A stretch of DNA of 52,972 nucleotides from Verrucomicrobiota bacterium. GTDB taxonomy: Bacteria; Verrucomicrobiota; Verrucomicrobiia; Limisphaerales; UBA9464. The stretch is from assembly GCA_039796015.1 (NCBI GenBank), contig JBDKKQ010000093.1, forward strand, positions 1-52,972, in the 5' to 3' direction. This document shows, piece by piece, positions 1 through 8,414 of this stretch. The translations under genes were made by a program, and so were the position numbers. Position 1 is the stretch's first letter, and each line of letters opens with the position of its first letter. The notes beneath the pieces are model-generated. The model did no database searches and was not told the DNA's origin. It worked only from the letters and a program-made list of their open reading frames with translations.

Positions 1-939
1 AAGCCCGCCTCGCAAGCTCCGGCCATGGCGCTCGAGTTGGCCAAGGTTCTGGCCGAGGCGGGTTTGCCGGCGGGTGTGCTCAATGTGGTCACCGGTTCCG
101 GTCGGGCCTTTGGCGCGGAAATTGCCTCCAATCCAGCCATTCAGGCGTTGAGTTTCACAGGCTCCCACGGGGTGGGCACGGCGTTGTATCAAACGCTCGC
201 GCCGCGGCGGATTCGCGTGCAGTTGGAAATGGGTTCCAAGAATCCCACGATCGTGCTGGCCGATGCTGATCTCGATCTGGCGGCCCGCCTGGTAGCCATC
301 GCTGGGTTCGGCCTGACCGGTCAGGCGTGCACGGCAACCAGCCGCGTGATCGTGGAGCGCTCGGTGCTCGAAGCGTTCACCGAGAAATTGGTGGCGCTGG
401 CCAAGACCTGGAAAGTAGGCCCCGGTGCACAGCCCGGTGTTCAAATGGGCCCGGCGGTAAACGCTGCCGAATTCGAGGGCAACTTCGCGGCCATCCAGCA
501 GGCAATCGGCGAGGGCGCTGAATTGGTGTGGGGTGGAGCCCGCCTGACGGAAGGCGATTTGGCCCATGGCTATTTCATGCAGCCGGCCATTCTCGGCAAG
601 GTGACTCCGTCGATGCAAATCGCGCAGGAGGAGGTTTTCGGTCCTGTGGTAGTTATCCTCGCTGTGGATTCTTTCGACGAGGCGATCGCCGTGGCCAATG
701 GCGTGAAGTACGGCCTCAGCGCCAGCCTAGTGACCCGCGACTTCAAAAAGGCCCTGCAGTACTCCGAACGCATCGAGTGCGGCGTGGTGAAGGTGAACCA
801 GATCAGCACGGGCCTTGCGCTTCAGGCTCCCTTCGGCGGAGTGAAGGACAGCTCCACTGATTCGTACAGAGAGCAGGGGACCGCGGCGTTGGACTTCTAC
901 AGCCGCACCAAGACCGTGTACTTCGATTATTCGGCCTAA
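1..939 (+). CDS. aldehyde dehydrogenase family protein, 5' end cut by window edge
   Basis: Frame 1 is open from nt 1. ALDH hallmarks are present: GLPAGVLNVVTG, Glu box LEMGSKNP, Cys box GQACTATSR, EEVFGPV and PFGGVKDS. Confidence 0.9.
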   Translation, partial: KPASQAPAMALELAKVLAEAGLPAGVLNVVTGSGRAFGAEIASNPAIQALSFTGSHGVGTALYQTLAPRRIRVQLEMGSKNPTIVLADADLDLAARLVAIAGFGLTGQACTATSRVIVERSVLEAFTEKLVALAKTWKVGPGAQPGVQMGPAVNAAEFEGNFAAIQQAIGEGAELVWGGARLTEGDLAHGYFMQPAILGKVTPSMQIAQEEVFGPVVVILAVDSFDEAIAVANGVKYGLSASLVTRDFKKALQYSERIECGVVKVNQISTGLALQAPFGGVKDSSTDSYREQGTAALDFYSRTKTVYFDYSA

Positions 940-1170
940 GGGAACGATTCAATTGGATCGGTCGTGCTGGCTGCGTCTTCTTCCGCAAGAGCTTCGTTGC
1001 TCGCTCGTTACGGGCCTTCAATCGGCCCGCGCCTCGCTCTCGCCTCGTCTTGCGAAAGAATCCGCGACGCCATCCCTTTCCTCCCAACTGAATCGTTCCG
1101 GCCAAGCGGTGCCCGGTCTTCGGGCCGGGTTTCTATCGCGCCTTGCGCCGGGGCGGGCTACACCTCGTGC

Positions 1171-2577
1171 ATGATGCGCAGAGGTCTGTGGATGGAGGCT
1201 TGCCGACAGTGGTGGTCCTGGATCTTGGTTGCGGCCGTTGGCACCGAAATCCTGTGCGCCGAAGCGGCCACGAATGCCCCGGGGCCACTGGCTGCCCGGG
1301 CGCCGGTGCAGGGTGCTGCGCTGGCTTGGCCCCAATGGAGAGGCCCCTTAGCCACGGGCGTCTCGCCGACGGCCCATCCGCCGCTGCAGTGGAGTGAAAC
1401 CAACCACGTCCGCTGGAAGCTTCCGCTACCGGGCAAGGGGCATTCGTCTCCCATCATCCTGAGGGATCGCGTGGTAGTTATGACCGCGGTTCCCGTAGGT
1501 GAGGCTCAGAAGCCCGTGTTCGACCAGGCCCCGGGCGTCCACGACAGCGTGCCGGTCACCCACCAGCATGAGTACGCCGTGGTGGCCGTGTCCCGTCAGC
1601 AGGGGCGCATCGCATGGAAGACCGTCGTCCGTGAGGAATGGCCTCATGAAGGCGGGCACACCACCGGCAGCCCGGAGTCTCATTCCCCGGTGACCGACGG
1701 ACAGGCCATTTACGCCTTGTTCGGTTCGCGCGGCCTTTACTGCCTGGAGGCCGACGGTCGGATTCGCTGGCGTAAAGACCTTGGCCGCATGAACACCTTA
1801 CATGCCCATGGCGAGGGAGGAGCGCCGGTGCTCCATAGCGGCCTCTTGGTGGTGAATTGGGATCATGAAGGCGGCTCGTTTATCCAAGCCTTCGATACCC
1901 GTACCGGCGACTCCCGATGGAAGACCGCCCGCGACGAGAAGACTTCTTGGTCCACGCCCATCGTGGTTGAGGTAGACGGCAAGCCTCAGGTGATCGTGAG
2001 CGCCACCCGGCGGGTGCGCGGGTACGACCTGTCCACCGGCGCCTTGATTTGGGAATGCGCGGGTCTGACCGACAACGTGGTGGCCTCGCCCGTTGTCCAT
2101 CGCGGGATCCTCATCGCTGGCAACAGTTACTACACGCAGGCCATGCTGGCGTTGCGATTGTCCGGGGCGCTTGGCGATGTGACCGGCTCCGATCACGTCG
2201 TGTGGCGAATGAACCGACTCACGCCCTACGTGGCGTCGCCGTTGTTGTACGACGACACCCTGTATCATCTGCGGCACAACCAGAATGTCCTCGTGCGGAT
2301 GGATCCGACCACCGGTAAACTCCGGGGGGAACTGCTGCGCTTGGAAGGCATTCGGGACTTCATCTTTGCCTCACCGGTCGGAGCCGCGGGTCGAATTTAC
2401 GTCACCGGTCGGGACGGAACGACGGTGGTCCTCAAGCATCCGTCCGGGAATGAGGCGTTCGAAAACGCGGTGCTGGCCGTGAACCGGCTTGAGGATTCCT
2501 TTAGCGCGTCACCGGCGTTGGTGGACCGTGAGTTTTACCTGCGAGGCGAGCGCTTCCTCTATTGCCTGGCCGAGTGA
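1171..2577 (+). CDS. PQQ-like beta-propeller repeat protein, secreted
   Basis: ORF 964..2577. An internal ATG at 1171 gives the signal-like N-terminus MMRRGLWMEACRQWWSWILVAAVG. The WPQWRGP...WKLPLPGKGHSSPII start and repeated W/G-rich blades are typical of PQQ-enzyme-repeat (BamB-like) proteins. Confidence 0.8.
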   Translation: MMRRGLWMEACRQWWSWILVAAVGTEILCAEAATNAPGPLAARAPVQGAALAWPQWRGPLATGVSPTAHPPLQWSETNHVRWKLPLPGKGHSSPIILRDRVVVMTAVPVGEAQKPVFDQAPGVHDSVPVTHQHEYAVVAVSRQQGRIAWKTVVREEWPHEGGHTTGSPESHSPVTDGQAIYALFGSRGLYCLEADGRIRWRKDLGRMNTLHAHGEGGAPVLHSGLLVVNWDHEGGSFIQAFDTRTGDSRWKTARDEKTSWSTPIVVEVDGKPQVIVSATRRVRGYDLSTGALIWECAGLTDNVVASPVVHRGILIAGNSYYTQAMLALRLSGALGDVTGSDHVVWRMNRLTPYVASPLLYDDTLYHLRHNQNVLVRMDPTTGKLRGELLRLEGIRDFIFASPVGAAGRIYVTGRDGTTVVLKHPSGNEAFENAVLAVNRLEDSFSASPALVDREFYLRGERFLYCLAE

Positions 2578-2638
2578 ATTTCGGCTTGGGCTGCGCGATT
2601 TGCTCCGGAGGCCGGTTAAGGGCTCCCTCACGGCCGAC

Positions 2639-3445
2639 TCACTGGGTCGCCGTGGCCTTGGGGCGCGAAGTCACCTCGCGGAACCGGGACTCGTAGTCGG
2701 GATGATTCGTGCCCATGAGGCGGTCCCAGATATTGAGATAAAGGCTGTAGTTTCCGCGCATTTTCTCGTGATGCATTATGTGGTTGGTGGGGGTGTTAAT
2801 GAATTTCCCTAACCACGAATCCATGAGCCATTGGGGATAGAACTCGTAACCGGTGTGTCCCATCACGTTGAAGAAAATCTGCCAAAGCATGAAGAGCGTG
2901 AAGGCCAGCGGGTGGATGGGCATTACTAGCACGGCGAGTGGAAAGATGCCCGCTTCGACCACTGCTTCGGCTGGAGCGAACGCGTAGGAGGCCCAGGGCG
3001 AGGGATTGTTGGAAAGGTGGTGCACCCGGTGAAACACTGAGAAGAGCCGCGGATGGTGCATCATCCGATGCGTCCAATAAAAGTAGGTGTCATGCAGCAA
3101 AATGGCGCAACCGATACTGCCCCAGAACCAGGCAGTGCCATAATCCCCCACCTTCCAGTACATCTGAGTCCACCCGGATCGTGACGCCAAAATTGTACTG
3201 GCACCGACCAACCCGAAAATCGCCAGAGTCAGGAGGGAATAACCGATCTCACGTCGGATATCGGAGGAGGCAGGGAATCGCGGAATGATTTTGCGATGAG
3301 CCCAGCGTTGCCGGAACCACCAATAACCAAGGACCCAACCGATCCCTGCGAACAGCAAGTAGCGCAGCGTGGCATCGACCGTGGTGACACCAGCGATCTT
3401 AAAGAAGCTCCAAGGAGAATGGATGATGCGCTCCAGCGGTGTCAT
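2639..3445 (-). CDS. fatty acid hydroxylase / sterol desaturase family membrane protein
   Basis: Three His boxes (HRMMHH, HRVHH, HIMHH) sit in a multi-TM protein of 268 aa. Confidence 0.85.
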   Translation of the reverse strand: MTPLERIIHSPWSFFKIAGVTTVDATLRYLLFAGIGWVLGYWWFRQRWAHRKIIPRFPASSDIRREIGYSLLTLAIFGLVGASTILASRSGWTQMYWKVGDYGTAWFWGSIGCAILLHDTYFYWTHRMMHHPRLFSVFHRVHHLSNNPSPWASYAFAPAEAVVEAGIFPLAVLVMPIHPLAFTLFMLWQIFFNVMGHTGYEFYPQWLMDSWLGKFINTPTNHIMHHEKMRGNYSLYLNIWDRLMGTNHPDYESRFREVTSRPKATATQ

Positions 3446-3559
3446 GGCCGCCGATCCTGATCCGTCGCCGACTCGCTGGCGATGCCTTCTTCAATACCGG
3501 AGCTCTTCCACCAATCACCCCTTGTCGCACACGGGATTCTGCCCGGCCTGTCCGGAGCC

Positions 3560-4036
3560 TTAGAGCGCCAAGGCCTTTTTCAGCGAGGCGAACACGTTCG
3601 CATAATCGACGATCAAGCCGGTGTGCTTGCCCGGGAACACCCGGTTGGCTCGAGCGATGGTCTGGATGAGCGTGTGGTTCCGCATCGGCTTGTCGAGGTA
3701 CACGGTCGAGCGGCTCGGCGCGTCGAACCCGGTCGGGCACCGACACCCGGATGCCTTCCTTGAGCATGCGATATCCCTCGCGATTGGCCTGCTCGAGCAC
3801 CATTGCCGAGCGGTCGCGGGTCAATTCATCGAGGGCGGCAGTGTGGGGTTGATCCGCTCCAACGCTGCGCGGAGCCGGGCCACCAACACTACCTCGCCCT
3901 TGGTCTCGCGCTGCAACGTGCCCGCTGCACTGAAAGTTTCCTCCGACGCCGACGACACCTGCCAACCCCTCTCCGCGAACAACCCGATGGCGGGCTGCTC
4001 GACGAGCAGGTCTTCGGTGTAGGCGTGGGCGCTCAC
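3560..4036 (-). pseudogene. hsdR: type I restriction enzyme R subunit (hsdR) remnant: N-terminal piece fused to extreme C-terminal piece, frameshifted
   Basis: The minus strand reads (GTG)SAHAYTEDLLVEQPAIGLFAERGW...TLQRETKGEVVLVARLRAALERINPTLPP, then a stop. Another frame continues [31 protein letters not shown] third frame gives [47 protein letters not shown], which is helicase motif VI plus the C-terminus. About 150 codons remain of a normally ~1000-aa protein. Confidence 0.75.
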
Positions 4037-5034
4037 TTGAGGAGGTAGCGTCCTGTTTTCAGCGTCCCCACGCGCTGGACCAGGCCGGCTTTCAATAGCG
4101 GACGCAGCAAATCCATCGCGCCCTGCTTGGACACGTTCAGTGCAGCCCAAAGTTCGGCGGGCGTCATGCCGCCGCTCTGGCCGAGCAATTTCAGCAGTTG
4201 CTCCTGGCGCGGGCGCAGCACGACCTTTTCCCGCGCCGCCGTGATCGAGAGCTGCCCCATCCGCTCCCACACCCGCTCCAGCGTTTGCTGCAATCCTTCG
4301 GCGCAATACTCCAACCACGAGGTCAGGTCGTCACCCTCGCGCCTCACGGCGTCGAGGGCGGCGTAGTAGCGGGGGCGATCTTCCCAGTAGAATTCGTCGA
4401 CGGAGAAGAGGTGATGCGAATCGAACCCGCGCCGGTAAAGCTCCCAGAGCGCCAGCGCGCGTCCCGCACGGCCGTTGCCATCGGCGAAGGGATGAATTGT
4501 CTCGAAGCGGTGATGCAGGATCGCCGAACTCAGCACCGGCGACATCCCCGGTGCCTCCTTGTTCCACCATTCCAGCAACTCGAACATGAGGCCCGACACA
4601 TCCTCTGGAGGAGGCGGCACAAACGGTCCCACCCGCACCCGCATCGTCCGGTAACGGCCCGCCTCGCCCTGATCCATCACGTCACCCGCGATGATGGCGT
4701 GCAGACGGAAGATGTCCTCGTGGGTCAACCGCTTCTTGCTCGCCTGCTTTTCCACATGCCGCAGGGCGGCAAAGTAGTTGAGAACCTCGCGACGTGCCCG
4801 CACCGGCGCGGCCACGGTCGCCCCTTCCTCCAAAGCTCGGACCTCTTCAAGCGTCAGGGGATTGCCCTCGATGGCCGTCGAGCTGTGGGTGTTCCGCGCC
4901 CGCGTGTCCTTCTGCAACGCGGGAATCCACGGCACTTGCACTGTGGCACCTTGGATGCGTTCCCGCAGAGCGGCGATGCCCTCTACCCGCGTCAGCAGGG
5001 GCAGGGTGATGGTGAACTGCGGTTGGTAGCTCAT
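4033..5034 (-). CDS. Fic family protein (AMPylase-type) with N-terminal inhibitory helix motif and C-terminal winged-helix domain
   Basis: Fic motif HPFADGNGRAGRALA. The inhibitory (S/T)xxxE(G/N) motif is present as STAIEGN. The C-terminus LRPRQEQLLKLLGQSGGMTPAELWAALNVSKQGAMDLLRPLLKAGLV looks like a wHTH. The ORF is intact at 333 aa. Confidence 0.9.
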   Translation of the reverse strand: MSYQPQFTITLPLLTRVEGIAALRERIQGATVQVPWIPALQKDTRARNTHSSTAIEGNPLTLEEVRALEEGATVAAPVRARREVLNYFAALRHVEKQASKKRLTHEDIFRLHAIIAGDVMDQGEAGRYRTMRVRVGPFVPPPPEDVSGLMFELLEWWNKEAPGMSPVLSSAILHHRFETIHPFADGNGRAGRALALWELYRRGFDSHHLFSVDEFYWEDRPRYYAALDAVRREGDDLTSWLEYCAEGLQQTLERVWERMGQLSITAAREKVVLRPRQEQLLKLLGQSGGMTPAELWAALNVSKQGAMDLLRPLLKAGLVQRVGTLKTGRYLLK

Positions 5035-5288
5035 GCGGATTGGTCTGCCGATGGGTCCGTAATCAGTCTAGTGTGGGTCCAGTATGGGTCAAGTGTTGGT
5101 GTCCAGTTCGACTCTGTGGTGGCCATGGCCTCGGGCGGCAACGTGGGATTGAGCGGCTCCAGCGCCGCGCGCAACCGGGGAACAAGCACCACCTCACCTT
5201 TGGTTTCCCAACCCAGCTCCGTGAACAACCCGATGGCGGGCTGCCCGACACGTTGGCCTTCGGTGTGGGCGTAGGGCATGGCGTTCAA
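5031..5288 (-). pseudogene. hsdR: second hsdR 5' fragment (85-codon open remnant)
   Basis: PYAHTEGQRVGQPAIGLFTELGW-ETKGEVVLVPRLRAALEPLNPTLPPEA matches the HsdR N-terminus but has an internal deletion, and it diverges after LPPEA. It shares an identical 22-nt core (gaacaacccgatggcgggctgc) with the remnant at 3.97 kb. Its end overlaps the fic ATG. Confidence 0.65.
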
Positions 5289-5524
5289 GAAAAATAAGGT
5301 TCAAACTGCGTGAACAAGTCTCTGTAGGTTGATGGCAAGGGCTGCCACTGAAACGGCTTTTGTTGGGTGAAGAGCAAGTGACTGGCTATCACGAGCAAGA
5401 ACGCACAAGGAAGGTCAACGAGTCGCTTGTCCCCCGGAGTTCCTTCCGGCAAACGCCGGTCAATGAACGAGACAATTCGCTGAATCGGACTTGGGTGGCT
5501 TTCCGGCGCTATCAGTGACGGCAT
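5285..5524 (-). CDS. hypothetical 79-aa protein (orphan, lower-GC patch)
   Basis: Open frame with an ATG start. Its stop overlaps the ATG of the downstream hsdR fragment. I recognise no motif, so coding status is uncertain. Confidence 0.3.
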   Translation of the reverse strand: MPSLIAPESHPSPIQRIVSFIDRRLPEGTPGDKRLVDLPCAFLLVIASHLLFTQQKPFQWQPLPSTYRDLFTQFEPYFS

Positions 5525-5596
5525 GAAAACCGACTAAACCTGCCGGTTTGAAAACCGTGTTCTTCCGGGCGGTGCGGGACTGGATTGGTTCAGCGG

Positions 5597-5725
5597 TCAG
5601 GGTGGGTTGATCTGGTCCTTGGTGCGATAGCTGCGGCCCTCGATCACGATGGTTTCGACGTGGTGGAGGAGCCGGTCCAGTAGGGCCGCGGTGAGGGTGG
5701 CGTCGTTGTTGAAGATCTCCTGCTA
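5597..5725 (-). pseudogene. IS21-family IstB-like ATPase C-terminal remnant
   Basis: Translation QEIFNNDATLTAALLDRLLHHVETIVIEGRSYRTKDQINPP* fits the IstB C-terminal pattern (F.D....A.LDRLLHH...I.I.G.SYR). Only about 42 codons remain, preceded by an in-frame TAG. Confidence 0.5.
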
Positions 5726-5974
5726 GTGTTTGTAAGCGGCCGGTTCATCAATGCGGCTGCCTCGGCGCGAGGAACTCGCCGCCGTTTCCAGACGGGCGCG
5801 CTAGATGGAGAATCGGCCTTCGGCAAACCGGAGGAAGATGATCCCGAGAATCGGGCCGGAGTATTCCTGGGCCTTCAGTCCGGAATTGGCGCGGAATTGG
5901 TCGGCGCTCGCCCAAAGGCGCTGCTCCAGGGTGTCTGTCAGGGGATCTTTGGCGGTGGGGGCGATTCACTTCAT
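5726..5974 (-). pseudogene. hsdM: type I R-M methyltransferase subunit (hsdM) N-terminal remnant with in-frame stops
   Basis: [81 protein letters not shown] matches the HsdM_N signature (LW.AAD.LR....S.EY..P.LGLIFL+). It carries three in-frame stops and has no methyltransferase domain. Confidence 0.65.
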
Positions 5975-6142
5975 TGGGCTTAGGCGGGGTTTGGTTCGAC
6001 TACGGAGTTTCCCTAGGAATGGAGATAAACGTTGAAAGTTTCAGGACTAGGAATCCAGAGCGGATCCTCCGTTATACGGTAAAAAACCGAACCGATGCCG
6101 ATACCTGGCTGGAGGGAAGGGTCACAAACCAACGACGGACTA

Positions 6143-6177
6143 AACAAAAAGGCCGCTCTCCCGAAGGAAAACGGCCT
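6143..6177 (-). terminator. putative intrinsic terminator downstream of the tRNA
   Basis: On the minus strand, AGGCCG-ttttccttcgggagag-CGGCCT is followed by TTTTTGTTT. The loop contains a small UUCG stem-loop. Confidence 0.5.
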
Positions 6178-6183
6178 GAAAGT

Positions 6184-6260
<77 letters not shown>

Positions 6261-6388
6261 ATCCCGAGGCACAAAGGAATACGGGATAGACGCCTTCACA
6301 GCAAGGATGAAGGCAAAGTTTCTTCAGTCGAGCCGCTGAAAAGAGGCAGAGCAGGACACTCTTAAAACGCTTGTTCGGCGGACGGTGA

Positions 6389-7129
6389 TCAGCGCCCGAG
6401 GGACTTGCGCTCGACCTTCTTAATCTCCTTAGCCAAAGCCGGTCCCCGAGTTTGGGAGGGAAGAAATGATCGGGCCCATTCGGGCGTGGGAGCGCCGGTC
6501 GGTAAGGCGATCACCAGGCTTTGAAGGGCTTCGGAGGTGTATCCGCTCCGTGCTGCCAAACGTGTGCCTTCGCGCAGGGTATCGAGGGATTGGGCATCGC
6601 TGAGGGAGTTCGCAACGGGGGCTGAACCAACGTTGGCCGAATCTCCCCCCGGCTGGGTGAGTAACGTGCGAACGAGCTCGGTAGCCACCCAGGTTGCAGC
6701 CAGTTGATTGAAGGCCGTGAGTTGCTGATTCCGGTCATCGGTCACTGGCTTGCGGGCCTTCTTGGTCGGAATTTCTGCGGGGTCGGGCAATGCAGCCATG
6801 CCGTTGGGCGCATCGGCACAACGCCGAAGGAATTCAGCGAGATAGCCTGGGCAAGCGGAGTCACGGCCCATCGCCAAGGCGAGGCGGGACCATAGTTCCA
6901 GCGCGTCGTCGCTCACCAAGACTTGCCGAGCCTTGGATTCCACCCACGGGCTTTTGCCAGTAGTCACTCGCACGGGTGGTTCGGCTAAGGCAGACCGCTG
7001 TGACGGGGTCAGTGTTTCGCACAAGCGGGCGTTGATCTTTTCGAACCACGGACGCCATTCAGACTCGGCGTTGAGTCGGAGAAACCCAACGTGGATCCAC
7101 AGGAGGGACAGGCAAATGAGACGAATCAT
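6389..7129 (-). CDS. hypothetical secreted protein
   Basis: 246-aa ORF with the signal-like N-terminus MIRLICLSLLWIHVGFLRLNA. No recognisable domain. Confidence 0.55.
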   Translation of the reverse strand: MIRLICLSLLWIHVGFLRLNAESEWRPWFEKINARLCETLTPSQRSALAEPPVRVTTGKSPWVESKARQVLVSDDALELWSRLALAMGRDSACPGYLAEFLRRCADAPNGMAALPDPAEIPTKKARKPVTDDRNQQLTAFNQLAATWVATELVRTLLTQPGGDSANVGSAPVANSLSDAQSLDTLREGTRLAARSGYTSEALQSLVIALPTGAPTPEWARSFLPSQTRGPALAKEIKKVERKSLGR

Positions 7130-7156
7130 AAGGTCCGGGCAGTCGGGCTGAGGAGC

Positions 7157-8050
7157 TCAGGCGTGGCCTAGATTCTTGAGAATCTGAACCGTGGAGTGAG
7201 CTTTGTTCAGGGTGTAGAAGTGCACGCCCGGAGCGCCACCTCGGATGAGTCCTTCGATTTGCTGCGTGCAGTATTCGATGCCGAATGCGGTCACGGCGGC
7301 ATCGTCGTCACCCAGGGCTTCGAGGCGGGAGAGGAACCGCTCGGGCAACCGCGCTCCGCAGAGCGCTGTGAATTTTTTGGTCTGGTTGCGAGCCACGACG
7401 GGCAGGAGGCCTGGGATCAATGGCACATCGACGCCCAAAGTCTTTGTCAAATGGTCCCGCATGGCGAAGTAGTCGTCGTTGTCGTAAAACAACTGAGTCA
7501 CTACGAAATGGGCTCCCTGGTGAATTTTGTCAGCCAGGTGCTGCCAATCCTGGTGTTTGCCGCCGGTCTGGGCGATGTGGCCTTCTGGGAAACCAGCCGT
7601 GCCGATGCTCAAGTCGCCGATCTCTTTCAAGTAGGCCACGAGTTCCGAGGAGTAACGGAATCCTCCTTCGGTTGGCACCCACTCGCCGGAACCGCCGGGA
7701 GGGTCTCCACGCAGCGCCAAGATGTTGCGCACACCGCGGGCTTTTGCTTCATCGATGACTGATCCTAGTTCGGTCTTGTCGGCGTTGACGCAAGTCAGGT
7801 GCATCACCGTCGTTAACCCGAAGTCGCGCTGGATGCGTTCGACGATCCCCAAGGTCTTTTCACGGGTGGATCCGCCGGCTCCGTAGGTCACCGAACAGTA
7901 ATCCGGCCGAGCGGCCAAGAGGGCAGGGAGGGTCTTCTCAAACAACGCCCGCTCACCTTCCTCAGTCTTGGGCGGAAAGAACTCGATGGAATACGAGGGG
8001 CGGCCCCGTCCGGCGTTCTCCCGATGGATCTCGTGGATGTGGCGGATCAT
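7157..8050 (-). CDS. metF: methylenetetrahydrofolate reductase
   Basis: SIEFFPPKT, VTYGAGGSTR, MHLTC, LALRGDPP and FFVTQLFYD-type motifs. The ATG at 8050 (MIRHIHEIH...) is preferred over the TTG at 8086 that opens the ORF track entry. Confidence 0.92.
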   Translation of the reverse strand: MIRHIHEIHRENAGRGRPSYSIEFFPPKTEEGERALFEKTLPALLAARPDYCSVTYGAGGSTREKTLGIVERIQRDFGLTTVMHLTCVNADKTELGSVIDEAKARGVRNILALRGDPPGGSGEWVPTEGGFRYSSELVAYLKEIGDLSIGTAGFPEGHIAQTGGKHQDWQHLADKIHQGAHFVVTQLFYDNDDYFAMRDHLTKTLGVDVPLIPGLLPVVARNQTKKFTALCGARLPERFLSRLEALGDDDAAVTAFGIEYCTQQIEGLIRGGAPGVHFYTLNKAHSTVQILKNLGHA

Positions 8051-8255
8051 GGGATTCAAATATGGGCGGTCCGGATAGGGAATCAAGAGTCAAATCAATC
8101 AATCCTGATGGGATGATATGTTTGTTGGCGCCCTCCAGTGACCGGTTCGATGTTTGGGCAACGCTTGGATCGCTGCCTTTGAGCTCGGCGGCGACGTTGC
8201 CTCAGTGCCCAGCGCTCAGAGCGACCCCAGGGTCCATCGCCATCGATCACAACAG

Positions 8256-8326
8256 AGTGACAGGTTCAAAGTGTGGGTTCGGCTCAGCCGTGTCTTTGGG
8301 TGATGATAAAGTGACAGGTTCAAAGT
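8256..8326. repeat. two copies of a 17-nt direct repeat AGTGACAGGTTCAAAGT (8256-8272 and 8310-8326)
   Basis: Exact 17/17 identity with 54 nt start-to-start spacing, each followed by a GGCTC..GCCG-like tail. The repeats lie in the 364-nt divergent intergenic region between metF and the oxidoreductase gene. Confidence 0.6.
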
Positions 8327-8414
8327 ACTCCAATGGCTCGCTCGGCCGACATTAGGTCGGTATTGGGCCCGGAGCGGGCTTGAGTTGGCGGGCTCGATTG
8401 TCTAGCAAAGAGCC

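Noticed and set aside
964-1170. N-terminal extension of the PQQ-repeat protein from the ORF-track start
   Set aside because: The extension is Ala/Ser/Arg-rich with no signal peptide. The internal ATG at 1171 yields a proper signal-like N-terminus.
3400-6183. Direct repeat of the tRNA-Met 3' end (att site) marking the far island border
   Set aside because: I could not find a copy of TGGTTGCGGGGCTAGGATTTGAACC or a substantial part of it by eye between 2.5 and 6.2 kb. The island border therefore stays undefined, and a computed search is needed.
8087-8350. Possible SAM or SAH riboswitch in the metF leader
   Set aside because: I looked on the minus strand for SAM-I, SAM-II and SAH conserved cores and found only loose resemblance (GAGCGCTG...GCTCA). 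That is not enough to call without a covariance-model scan.
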